The notes under the pieces were generated by a model. The model did no database searches and was not told the origin of the DNA. It saw nothing but the letters and a program-made list of their open reading frames with translations. 64,000 nucleotides of DNA from an uncultured Acidimicrobiales bacterium (GTDB lineage: Bacteria > Actinomycetota > Acidimicrobiia > Acidimicrobiales > JAHEJN01): NCBI GenBank assembly GCA_963700995.1, contig CAVOZP010000006.1, positions 136,006-200,005 of the forward strand. The letters are read 5' to 3'. Both the position numbers and the translations under genes were made by a program. Positions 52,206-61,189 of the stretch are shown here, in pieces (position 1 is the stretch's first letter; the number at the start of each line of letters is the position of its first letter).

Positions 52206-52974
52206 ATGATTCATCTCGCGCCCGTGAAGGTGTTGCTCGGCGTCGTGCTGACTGTGCTCGGCGCCGGTGGCGTTGCTGCCGCCGTCAATGGAGAGATACC
52301 GGCCGAGTCAGATCCCTGGAGCCCCAGCTCAGTGCTCTACGGCGTTTCGGAGCAGTCCACCGCCGATGGCACTCTCCCGGCTGACAATGACGGCACGGAG
52401 GAAGCCGGCGAGGAGGAGGTCGAGGCGGAGATCGACGCCACCGATGGCTTGTCCGATGATGAGCTGGCGGTGTTGTGTGCCGAGGCGGGTTCGCACGGTG
52501 AGTACGTGTCGCAGGTGGCTCGTGATCGGGTGACCGAGACCGACGGCAACCACGGTGCGCGGGTGCGTGAAGCAGCGCAGTCCGACTGCGGCAAGAGCCG
52601 ACGGCGACGAAGAACCTCCATCCGGCGAGGCGGAGGTCGACGCCACCGATGGCTTGTCCGATGAGGAGCTCGAGGTGTTGTGTGCCGAGGCCGGCTCGCA
52701 CGGTGAGTACGTGTCGCAGGTGGCTCGTGATCGGGTGACCGAGACCGACGGCAATCACGGTGCGCGCGTTCGCGACGCCGCCCAGTCCGATTGCGGAAAG
52801 TCCGAGTTCGCCGGCGAGGACGAGGCCGAGTCAAACGAGGCCGCGGAATCCGACATCGACCATCCCGCAAGCGGCAACGGCAATGGCAATGGCAATGGCG
52901 GTAGTAACGGCAACGGCAACGGCGGTGGTAACGGCAACGGTCAGGGTCGTGGCCAGGACAAGAAGAGCGACTAG
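52206..52974 (+). CDS. Secreted acidic protein with duplicated Cys/His domain and Gly-Asn tail; frameshift near 52600
   Basis: Hydrophobic N-terminus; near-identical repeats at about 52422-52595 and 52627-52800; GNGNG tail. Confidence 0.7.
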
Positions 52975-52996
52975 GAGTCAGGCATCGACTTGGTGG

Positions 52997-53749
52997 TCAC
53001 TGCGCCGGCCGGCGTCGCGCGCCGCATCCGAGAGCGCCGGTGACGCGTACCGGCAGGCCGATGAGACCGAGGTGATCGAGCAGGGTGTCGTGGACACCGC
53101 CGAGCTGGTAGCCCGACAAGCCGTCGTTGGCCAGGCGTAGCTCGACGCTCTGCGCCGCGCAGCCCGTTTCGATGAGGGCGAAGCGGTCGCCGCGAGCGCC
53201 GTACTTGCGGCGAAGCTCGCCGAGGTGGCCGACGAAGACGAGTGTGAGCGGCGGGATGCTGTGGTCGGGCTCGAGGCTGAGCAGCCGGCGAAGGTCCGCG
53301 TCGGCCGGAATGGCCCCGACATCGTTCACCGCATGGTTGTCAGCGTCGTAGCGGATGACCCGTCGGGCGCACGGGCCGAGAACGTTGTGGCCGATCGCGT
53401 AGGTGGCCATTGCGCTGAGACCTCCGGCCGACGGCACCACGCGTCGACCAGACCGGTCGACACCGGTGGCGGCGAGCACGCGGGCCACCGTCCGAGCCGA
53501 CAGAGGAGCGGCACCGAACTCGCGTCGGCTGCGCCGTGACTCGAGACGGCGTTGGAATCGGTCGCGCTCCGGTGCCAGCGCGGTAGTCGTACCGGCGTGG
53601 GTGAGCGGATGAATGGGGTCATCGGCAGGTTCGAAACTCGTGAGTCGGCGCACGAATCGGTCGGCGTTCGTGTCGTCGAGGGCGGTAGCCGACCAGAAAT
53701 CGTCGGCGACATCGAGCTCGAAATCGGTGTGGGACTGGTCGATCGTCAT
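52997..53749 (-). CDS. SagB/ThcOx-type FMN-dependent azoline dehydrogenase
   Basis: RRSRREF, PSAGGL, KYGARGDRFALIETGCAAQ (Lys-Tyr motif); directly downstream of YcaO. Confidence 0.85.
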   Translation of the reverse strand: MTIDQSHTDFELDVADDFWSATALDDTNADRFVRRLTSFEPADDPIHPLTHAGTTTALAPERDRFQRRLESRRSRREFGAAPLSARTVARVLAATGVDRSGRRVVPSAGGLSAMATYAIGHNVLGPCARRVIRYDADNHAVNDVGAIPADADLRRLLSLEPDHSIPPLTLVFVGHLGELRRKYGARGDRFALIETGCAAQSVELRLANDGLSGYQLGGVHDTLLDHLGLIGLPVRVTGALGCGARRRPAQ

Positions 53750-53753
53750 GAGG

Positions 53754-54989
53754 TCATCCGAGCGGGTGGGGGTGTGGCGATGGGAACGGGCCGAGCGGTT
53801 CGAGGTCGGGGTAGCGCCAGTTGCGGTCGGCGGTGGTGCCGCCGAGAAAGGGCAACCGGTGGTCGTGATGGATCGGCGTGAGCGAAGGGGCGAGCACTCG
53901 CACGACCCGCAGTCCGATCTGACGAAGATCGACCGTGGTGAGCTCGCGGTAGTAGAGATCGATGCCCGCCTCGGCGAGGTGGCGGACGAGGTTTGACAGC
54001 TCGGCCGCGGCATCACCCGCGACTGCGGCAACCGGTTCCGGCCACGGCTTCGACGCCAGGATTGGTATGCCAGCGACCCGATCGGGGGAGGCGGTGTAGA
54101 AGACGGCGTGGCGGTCGAAGTCGGTCATCGCCTCGGGAGCGAGTCCGACCAGCTCGGGGTGTCGGGCGAGGTGATGGCCCGCGAACACGGTGCCCTGCAG
54201 GCACTCGAGCTCGGCCTTGGCCACCGCGTCGGCCCAGGTGCGGCGGCAGGCGAGACCGATCGAGAACCGGGGATGCCCTTCGAGCGGGGCCACACCGAGC
54301 ACCGCTGCGACCACGTGCGGCGACCACGCCGGAGTGAGGTCGAAGGCACGCAGCCAGCCGCCGAACTCGTCGCGGACGTCGGCGACAGGCGCGTAGGTCA
54401 CCTCGCGTCCCGGGAGCTGGTGCAGCCACGTGCTCATGAAGGCATCTCGTTCGATCAGCTCCTGGGCGGCCCGCAACAGCGCCAGCTCGGGCGAGAACGC
54501 GGCAGCGAGCCCCGATGACGTCGACAGTGCGCCGTAGGTTGGAGCGAGACCCACCAACGCCGATGGCACAAACGCCGGCCGGTTGTCGGCCAGGCGCCAC
54601 ACCGGCGTGAGGCTCGGCGCTGCGCCGTACCCGACGTCGGCCAGGAGACGATCGTTCTGTTGGCGGGAGCTGTGGAGGGTGAAGTCGTCGAACCCGAGCC
54701 GACGCTCGGCGGGGGCGCCGGCCCACGCCACGGTGGGCAACTCGACCACGTTGGCGGCGTAGCGCTCCAGGGCTTCGGCGATGGCGGCCGCCTCCGCCTG
54801 CTCGAGGGTGGTGCCCACCCCGCCGCCGGCGCTGGCCAGAGCCGTCGCGTCTTCTCGCGGAACGCTGGCATGGAACACGCCCGGCGGATCGGCGGGCAGG
54901 CGAGGTACTCCCGTCGGGGCCAACACGATGCCGTGCCGTCGACCGAGGCCCGAGCGAAGACGTTCGAGCGGTTCGGTCGCGGCGATCAT
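53754..54989 (-). CDS. YcaO cyclodehydratase (azoline-forming type)
   Basis: AEALERY, STSSGLAA, ELIERDAF ATP/Mg motifs; Pro-rich C-terminus PFPSPHPHPLG. Confidence 0.92.
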   Translation of the reverse strand: MIAATEPLERLRSGLGRRHGIVLAPTGVPRLPADPPGVFHASVPREDATALASAGGGVGTTLEQAEAAAIAEALERYAANVVELPTVAWAGAPAERRLGFDDFTLHSSRQQNDRLLADVGYGAAPSLTPVWRLADNRPAFVPSALVGLAPTYGALSTSSGLAAAFSPELALLRAAQELIERDAFMSTWLHQLPGREVTYAPVADVRDEFGGWLRAFDLTPAWSPHVVAAVLGVAPLEGHPRFSIGLACRRTWADAVAKAELECLQGTVFAGHHLARHPELVGLAPEAMTDFDRHAVFYTASPDRVAGIPILASKPWPEPVAAVAGDAAAELSNLVRHLAEAGIDLYYRELTTVDLRQIGLRVVRVLAPSLTPIHHDHRLPFLGGTTADRNWRYPDLEPLGPFPSPHPHPLG

Positions 54990-55612
54990 GAGTCGGGTTC
55001 GGCCGGTCGCGGTGGTGGCGCGGGGGGTGCTTCGGTCGGGGCAACGCCGGTTGCGGGCGGCGGTTGAAGCCATGGCGGCAACGAGGACGGCGGTGGCTCA
55101 CCCGGGTCGAAAGCAGTGGCCCGGAGCGCCAGCCAGACCCAGAACGGGATGGTGAGCCAGAAGAAGCCGATCGTGAACAGCACGGCGAAGATCTCGACGA
55201 GCATGGCCCCGCCCGTGGCAACCGGCAAGGCGATGGCCATCAGCGCCGCCGATCGAGGGCGTCCACTCGCGGTCAGGCGGATGGCGAAGAGCATGGCGCC
55301 GGTCAGCGCTATGAACGTCGCGACGACACCGAAGAGGCTGTCGATCTGTTCCTCTGCGGCAAGCGCTACTGCCACCACCGCCGCGAGGATGGGAGCGAGA
55401 ACGGCTGCCGTCACGAGCGTCCATCGAGTTCTCTGCGACGGGGGCGGCTCGGACCCGCTGAGGTCGCGGGCCACGATGCGGCCGGCAACCACTGCCGCGG
55501 ACGTGATCGAGGCGAGGCAGCAACAGCAACAGCAGCAGCAACTCGGGGTGGCGACGGTGGTCGGGCTTTCGAGCTCGTCGAACGGGGTATCCAGCTCGGC
55601 GACGACGATCAC
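54986..55612 (-). CDS. Integral membrane protein with N-terminal octa-cysteine tract; candidate RiPP precursor fusion
   Basis: AELDTPFDELE-SPTTVATPS-C8, then about 4 TM helices; 4-nt overlaps with both neighbours. Confidence 0.75.
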   Translation of the reverse strand: MIVVAELDTPFDELESPTTVATPSCCCCCCCCLASITSAAVVAGRIVARDLSGSEPPPSQRTRWTLVTAAVLAPILAAVVAVALAAEEQIDSLFGVVATFIALTGAMLFAIRLTASGRPRSAALMAIALPVATGGAMLVEIFAVLFTIGFFWLTIPFWVWLALRATAFDPGEPPPSSLPPWLQPPPATGVAPTEAPPAPPPRPAEPDS

Positions 55613-56346
55613 GACACCGTCCAGGGGAGGTCCAGACGTCCGCCGGGCGGAGCAAGGTCACAGGTCGGACAACCGGGAGACATGAGCAGATGGTTGCGGG
55701 TGCTGGTCATGGTGTTGAGGTCGAAGGCGATGGTGGCATTCATCAGCGGCGAAGCGCCGTGGTGAATCAGATCGACGTGGCGACGGGTGAGCGCCGTCAC
55801 GAGGTCGACCTCCAGCGTCGCACGGGGCTCGGCGGGCTGAGGCGATACCGCCCAGCGTCGGGCCAGCAACCGCTCGAGGCACGTCTCGCAGGCAGTGATG
55901 CCCGGCACCACGAACGGCCCGAACACCACCGTGTGTTCGGCGCCGACGTCGACGATCAGGCGCGGGAGCACCGTCTCGACCGGAGCGCCGGGCCCGCAGC
56001 GGACCACGACGACGAGGTCGGCATCGGCGACCGTTCCTCCGATGGAATCGGCGAGTGGTTCGGCCGCGGGGTGGGTGGCGAGCACCGTGGCTCGGAGGGG
56101 CGCGGACGGTTCGGCAAGCGCGGGCACCAGCGCACCGAGTTGCACCAGGTGGCGGACCAAGTCGTCGGCGCCGGCATCGACCGGGCTTCCGTCGGCCCAG
56201 GCCCGCACCGACGCCACCTGTTCGGCCGTGAGCCCATCGATGGCCACCTGGCGGTCGGCACCAGCCGACACCGCCAGGCCCCGGTCGGTCGGGGCGGCCG
56301 TCCACTGTTTCGACCAGCGCAAACGGCCAGCAGGGACGCCTTCCAT
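55609..56346 (-). CDS. TOMM E1-like (ThiF-like) leader-binding cyclodehydratase partner
   Basis: FGPFVVPGITACETCLERL and C-terminal PGCPTC zinc motifs; GGGAGG RBS; in operon with YcaO. Confidence 0.8.
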   Translation of the reverse strand: MEGVPAGRLRWSKQWTAAPTDRGLAVSAGADRQVAIDGLTAEQVASVRAWADGSPVDAGADDLVRHLVQLGALVPALAEPSAPLRATVLATHPAAEPLADSIGGTVADADLVVVVRCGPGAPVETVLPRLIVDVGAEHTVVFGPFVVPGITACETCLERLLARRWAVSPQPAEPRATLEVDLVTALTRRHVDLIHHGASPLMNATIAFDLNTMTSTRNHLLMSPGCPTCDLAPPGGRLDLPWTVS

Positions 56347-56367
56347 CCGTTCATCCTCCCACCTCCA

Positions 56368-56417
56368 CCCAAATTGGTTTGTCTGGGCCCAAATGTGAGC
56401 CAGGACAAACCGATTTC
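56368..56417 (-). repeat. 50-bp palindromic REP-like element, copy B
   Basis: AAATTGGTTTGTC...GACAAACCGATTT stem; collinear with copy A when read on the minus strand. Confidence 0.6.
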
Positions 56418-56433
56418 GGAGGAGGGGAGGGGG

Positions 56434-56874
56434 TCAGCCGGTTTCGAGGTAGGCGGTTGAGGAGGCGGTGACGAGCTTGGCCGAAGGGCCGCCGGGCACG
56501 GCGGGGGCGAAGATGTAGTCGACGGTGCGACTCAGCGTGACCTCGACACCGACGCGTCCGCCGTCGCTGACGAAGGCCACGGTGACCGTTGCGTTCAGGC
56601 CCTCGGCCGCCACGCTCGCCGCCGCGGCGTCGTTGGCTACCCCGAAATCGAGGCTCTCGTCGAGCGGGACGCCTGCCCGCAACGCGTCGACGTCGATGGC
56701 TAGGGCGACCGCATCGTTGGCTGCCGACGAAGCCGCCGACAGCAGCTCTCGCCGTTCGAGATACAGGTGGGAGAAGTCGATGGTGATCGCGGCGAGGATG
56801 ATCACGATGAGCACGCCTGCCGGCAGCAGCATCATCACGCTGCCACGATCGCCTCGCCGCCGCGAGCTCAGCAC
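56434..56874 (-). CDS. Tad pilus TadG/TadE-like pseudopilin
   Basis: DRG cleavage-like site, hydrophobic helix, ELLSAASSAA; last gene of the tad operon. Confidence 0.7.
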   Translation of the reverse strand: MLSSRRRGDRGSVMMLLPAGVLIVIILAAITIDFSHLYLERRELLSAASSAANDAVALAIDVDALRAGVPLDESLDFGVANDAAAASVAAEGLNATVTVAFVSDGGRVGVEVTLSRTVDYIFAPAVPGGPSAKLVTASSTAYLETG

Positions 56875-57350
56875 AGCGAATCCTCACCGAGGCCGGCCCG
56901 GTACGGATCGACGATCTCACTGTGGGTTGAGGTGACCGTGATACCCGATCCCCAGCCACCGAGCAGAGGTACCGACACCGCTCGGGTCGTGTACCGGTAG
57001 GTCACCGCCACTCGGGCGCACCGGGCGAACCCCCCTCCGATGTCGGAGCCCTGGACGACGACATCGGAGGTGAGTCGATCGGTGTGACCGACGTGGTTCT
57101 GGAAAGCCTCGTTGCCGATGGCGATCGCACCCGCGGCGTCGCCGTTCGACTCGACGAGGTACCTGACCGCCTCGCGGCTGGCCGAGTCGGTGGCCATCTT
57201 CGCGTCGACCACCGCCCACGCATTCGCAATGAGCAGCGCCCCGCTGACGAAGATGAGCAGGCCGAAGGGAATGGCCTCGATCCCGCCGACAACGCCTCTT
57301 TCGTTCTGGCGAGGTCGGGTGCCGGCCAGGAACCGGCTACGGAGGAGCAT
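56868..57350 (-). CDS. TadE-like pseudopilin
   Basis: NERG plus hydrophobic helix, ASREAVR. Confidence 0.7.
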   Translation of the reverse strand: MLLRSRFLAGTRPRQNERGVVGGIEAIPFGLLIFVSGALLIANAWAVVDAKMATDSASREAVRYLVESNGDAAGAIAIGNEAFQNHVGHTDRLTSDVVVQGSDIGGGFARCARVAVTYRYTTRAVSVPLLGGWGSGITVTSTHSEIVDPYRAGLGEDSLC

Positions 57351-57774
57351 CACGGAACTCCTCGATTCGTACCGTGACCGATTTGTCGATGTCGAGGCCG
57401 GTCGCATCGGTGAGTCCGGGTGGCAGCAGCGACGGTGCCCGGCCGACAACGGCGACGGTGACTGTCTCGGTGCCGATGGTCCACGTGACCGACACGTCGT
57501 TGCCCCAAGCTCCGAGGGCCGAACGGAGCTCGGATTCAGCTCGGGTGGCTGCGCCGCCACGGTTGCCCTCGGCGTTCACCGAGGCGACTGTCGCCGCAGC
57601 GTCGTAGGCCGCCCCGGCGGTCAGCGAGGTGGCATAGAGATGCAACAGGAGGTGGATGCCGAGGAACATGAACAGGAGGAAGATGATGAATCCAACCGTG
57701 GTTCCGAGCAGGCCCGTGCCGGATTCGTCACGGGCGCGTTCACCCCAACCGTTGTCAGGGTTCACCGGCAGCAT
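57337..57774 (-). CDS. TadE-like pseudopilin
   Basis: RDESG plus hydrophobic helix, AAYDAA. Confidence 0.7.
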   Translation of the reverse strand: MLPVNPDNGWGERARDESGTGLLGTTVGFIIFLLFMFLGIHLLLHLYATSLTAGAAYDAAATVASVNAEGNRGGAATRAESELRSALGAWGNDVSVTWTIGTETVTVAVVGRAPSLLPPGLTDATGLDIDKSVTVRIEEFRDAPP

Positions 57775-57806
57775 GGATCGACGCCTCTCGGGGCTCCGAC
57801 GACGGA

Positions 57807-58034
57807 TCAGCCGCCGATCTGATCGACCTGGGTCTCGGCTTTGGTGCTGGCCGAATCGAAGAGCGCCTTGAATGCCACCCAGGCGGCCACCCCGAGGAAC
57901 GCCATGATCAACACGGCGATGGCGGCCGAGATCACGCCCTCGCCTCGTTCGTCACGGGCACGCTTCGCGAGATCGACGGTGAGACAACGCACGAAGACAT
58001 CGAGTCGGATCGCATTGGTTGTGAGGGTGTTCAC
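57807..58034 (-). CDS. flp: Flp-type major pilin
   Basis: 75 aa, RDERG plus hydrophobic helix, directly after tadC; AGGAGG RBS. Confidence 0.75.
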   Translation of the reverse strand: MNTLTTNAIRLDVFVRCLTVDLAKRARDERGEGVISAAIAVLIMAFLGVAAWVAFKALFDSASTKAETQVDQIGG

Positions 58035-58059
58035 GGGGACCTCCTGGGTGGTAAGTGTG

Positions 58060-58969
58060 TCACGCATCGGTGAAAAGGCGTAAGGCTTCGACGAAGGGAA
58101 CAGCGAGGAACAGCACTCCAGGCACGAGGGTGGCCACGGTGACGGGGATCCAGACCTGCTGTCCCCGACGCTCGATGGTGGCCAGTAGCTCGCGGTGGAC
58201 CTCGCGTCGGATCGCGTGGGCCTCGTCGTGGATGAGCCGACCGAGATCGACTGCGCTTCGGTTGAGCGCAAGGATCGACGTGAGCCGGTCGAGGGCGTCG
58301 ACGTCGGCGAGCTCCGGCCCACTCGGCGAGTGCCTGTGCCTCGGAGAGGCCCTGGCGAACACGCGAGATCACCAGGCGAAGATCTTCCGCGACTACGCCG
58401 TCTCCCCGGGTGGCAATCCGCTGCAGGGCCGAGCCCAACGAGTAGCCGGCCGAGAGCAGCATTCCCAGTTGCTCGGCAATCACCGGCAGCTCGAGGAAGA
58501 GGCGACGCTGTCGTTTCTCCGAAGCCGACGCCACGTGTTGCTCCTGCACGAGGAAGGCGAGGATCGGCGACCCGATGATGAGAAGAAGGGAGACCACGAG
58601 TGGGGGTTGGACGGCAACGGCGAACAGCGCCGACAGGCCACCGATCGCCAGGCACACCCCGACCTGGCGGGTTCGGAACGAGGCGACATCGAGGGGAGAG
58701 TGGATCCGGCGAAGGCGGACCGAGAGCTCCTCGCTGACTCCGAAGGTGCGGGCCAGTGACGTGCCGATGCTCTGGGAGAGCGGTGCGACGACATCGTGGA
58801 ACGACTCGACGCTCAGCAGCCCGGCTCGCCCGTGACGGCTGCTCACGTTCGGCGAGTACTGCCGGAGCCGGTCCGCGAGCGGACGCCGACTGAACCAACG
58901 CAACTCTGCCATCATCAGCACCAGACCGACCCACAGCAACAAACCCGAGATCACGACGAGGCGACTCAC
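58060..58969 (-). CDS. tadC: Tad pilus inner membrane protein TadC; frameshift near 58320
   Basis: ELPVIAEQLGMLLSAG, QGLSEAQAL, VWIPVTVATLVPG. Confidence 0.82.
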
Positions 58970-59870
58970 GAGACCTCGTCTCGTCCGGCCAGCACCCGCT
59001 GCTCTTGGGGGAGCCGCATGAAATACCCGGCCCACATCCAGCAGATCACGATGACGGCGAGTGCGAAGACGACGATGGTCTGCCCGATCGCCGTGCTGTA
59101 GGCAGCCCGACCGTTTCCGACCGACATGCCGGCAAGTGCCATTCCGGCCGGAACCAGCAGCACGAACCATCGGGCGAATTTCACCCCGGCCTGCTTGGCG
59201 ATCGCGTCCTTGCGGCCCTGCACATCGAGGACGCGATCCTCGGCCAGCGACTGGAGGCGATGGTCGAGATCGGTGCCGCCGATCTCCTGGGCCACCAGCA
59301 GTGTCTCGAGCGCCGCATCGGCGGTCGAGTCGGCCAGCTCGCGTTTGAGGACGGCAACGGTGCGGGCGAAGTCGGTCGTGATGAGCCACTCCCGCCGTCC
59401 GGCGGCGAAGGCCGATTGCATCTCGTCGGGCGCCCGCTCGCCGATCTCGAAGAGGGCCTGAGGAATCGAGCGGCCGAGTGACCCGGTGAGGACCCGCATC
59501 TCCTCGATCATGCGCGGCCATGCCTCCTGGGCGCGAACCCGGCGTTTCTGGCGCCGCAGCCGGTAGCTCGCAAGGGGGAAGGTGGCGGCGAAGAGCCCCA
59601 CCACGAGGGCCGGGACCGCTCCGCCGAACACAGTGAAGGCGACCAGAAAGCCGAGCACGAACAACATGGCGACCACGGCACCGAACTGGTTGAGGTCGAT
59701 TCCCTCGAGGCCGGCCTGGGTGAGCCATTGCTCGATTTGGTGAGACGCTGACTGCTTGCGCCGGGCTCGCGGCTCGGGGCCAGGCTGGTACCCGTCCAGC
59801 CGACGGCCAGCGCGGTGTAGAGGTAGTACACGCCGAGGGCACCGACCAGAGCGAGAACGAGGCCGATCAC
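58966..59870 (-). CDS. tadB: Tad pilus inner membrane protein TadB; frameshift near 59780
   Basis: EAWPRMIEEM...GRSIPQAL, IGGTDL, AYSTAIGQ. Confidence 0.82.
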
Positions 59871-61189
59871 AACGCACCCTCGGCTGCGCTCGGATCGATG
59901 TCGAGCAGCGCGTGTAGGTCGAAGCCACGCTCTTCGATCTGACGACCGGCCCGCACGGGCAGCTCTCCCGTCCAGCCGAGCTGGACGCCGGGCGCCGGCC
60001 GGCGAAAGATCTCCGAGATGGTGAACTGGGTGCCGTCTGCTGCGCTCTGGAGGTCTTCCACGGCAATGACCGACGACACCTGAGGGCCCTCCGCTGCTGC
60101 GGGTGCAATGCACAACGATGTCGACCGAGTCCGACACCAGGGTGTTGAGCGCCGACATGGGTAGTTCGTTCGACGTGTCGGAGAGCTGGCAGATGAAGCG
60201 GAGCCGGGACAGGGCCTGACGGGCCGAGCCGGCGTGGATGGTGGTGTATCCGGTGACGCCCGAAGACAACGTGAGCAGGAGTGGTAGCGCTTCTCGGTCT
60301 CGGACTTCGCCCACGATCGCGACATCGGGCGCCATTCGCAGGAATCCGGCGACCAGGCGGCGAAGGTCGACGGCAGAGCGCTCGGCTCGTGCGGGTCGGG
60401 TCTGCATGCTGGCGACGTTGGGCACCATCACGTCGGCCTCGAACACCTCTTCGGCGATGACGACGCGAAGCGACGGATCGAGCTCGGCGCAACAGCACGA
60501 CATGAGCGTGGTCTTGCCAGCGCCAGGTGCACCGGCGAATACGATTGAGAGCCGTGACCGCACGCAGGCGGAGAGGAATCGGGCGACCTCGGCCGAGAGC
60601 ATGTCGCGATCGACGAGCTCGCCCAGGTTGCGAAACGGCACGCCGGTGAACTTGCGGATGTTGACCATCGTGTGGCTGCCGCGAGCGACATCGGCATGCA
60701 CGATGTGCAGACGAGCGCCGCTGTCGAGCTGGGCGTCTTGCAGGCCCTCGCTCGGATCGAGCTTTCGGTGCGACCGCGACGACTCGTCGAGCACCTTGGT
60801 GAGTACCCGGAGCACGTGCTCGTCGTCGTGGAAGACCTCGTCGTTGTAGCCGCTACCGCCCGTGTGGCGTTTCACGAAGATCGCGTCCGGAGCGTTGATC
60901 ATGATCTCCCAGACATCGTCGTCGTCGAGGAGCGGACCGAGCGGTCCGTAACCGACCAGATTGCGATAGGCGCGATCGGCGACGAGCGGTGCGTCGGAGA
61001 GCTCGTATGGCCGCTGGCCCCGCTTGAATTCGTCGTTCCAGCGGCTGATCTCGTCGTCGATCAGGGCACGGATCGCTGCGGGTCCCTCGAACGCGGTTCA
61101 TATCGAGCGCCATTGTTTCGGCCCGGTCCTGCACGCGCCTGCTCTTCGATGAGTGCGAGTGGAGACAACTCTTCGGCGTGCTCGCTCAC
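59867..61189 (-). CDS. tadA: Tad pilus assembly ATPase CpaF/TadA; several frameshifts
   Basis: EIMINAPD, NIRKF, GAPGAGKT, LRMAPDVAIVGEVR, TTIHAGS. Confidence 0.92.

Noticed and set aside
52870-52945. Gly-Asn repeat as a RiPP core for the YcaO
   Set aside because: It is on a convergent secreted protein and has almost no Cys/Ser/Thr; a common low-complexity tail.
55517-55540. Poly-Gln (plus strand) or microsatellite reading of the CAG/CAA tract
   Set aside because: The minus-strand frame is translationally coupled to both neighbours and uses mixed Cys codons; the plus-strand ORF has no support.
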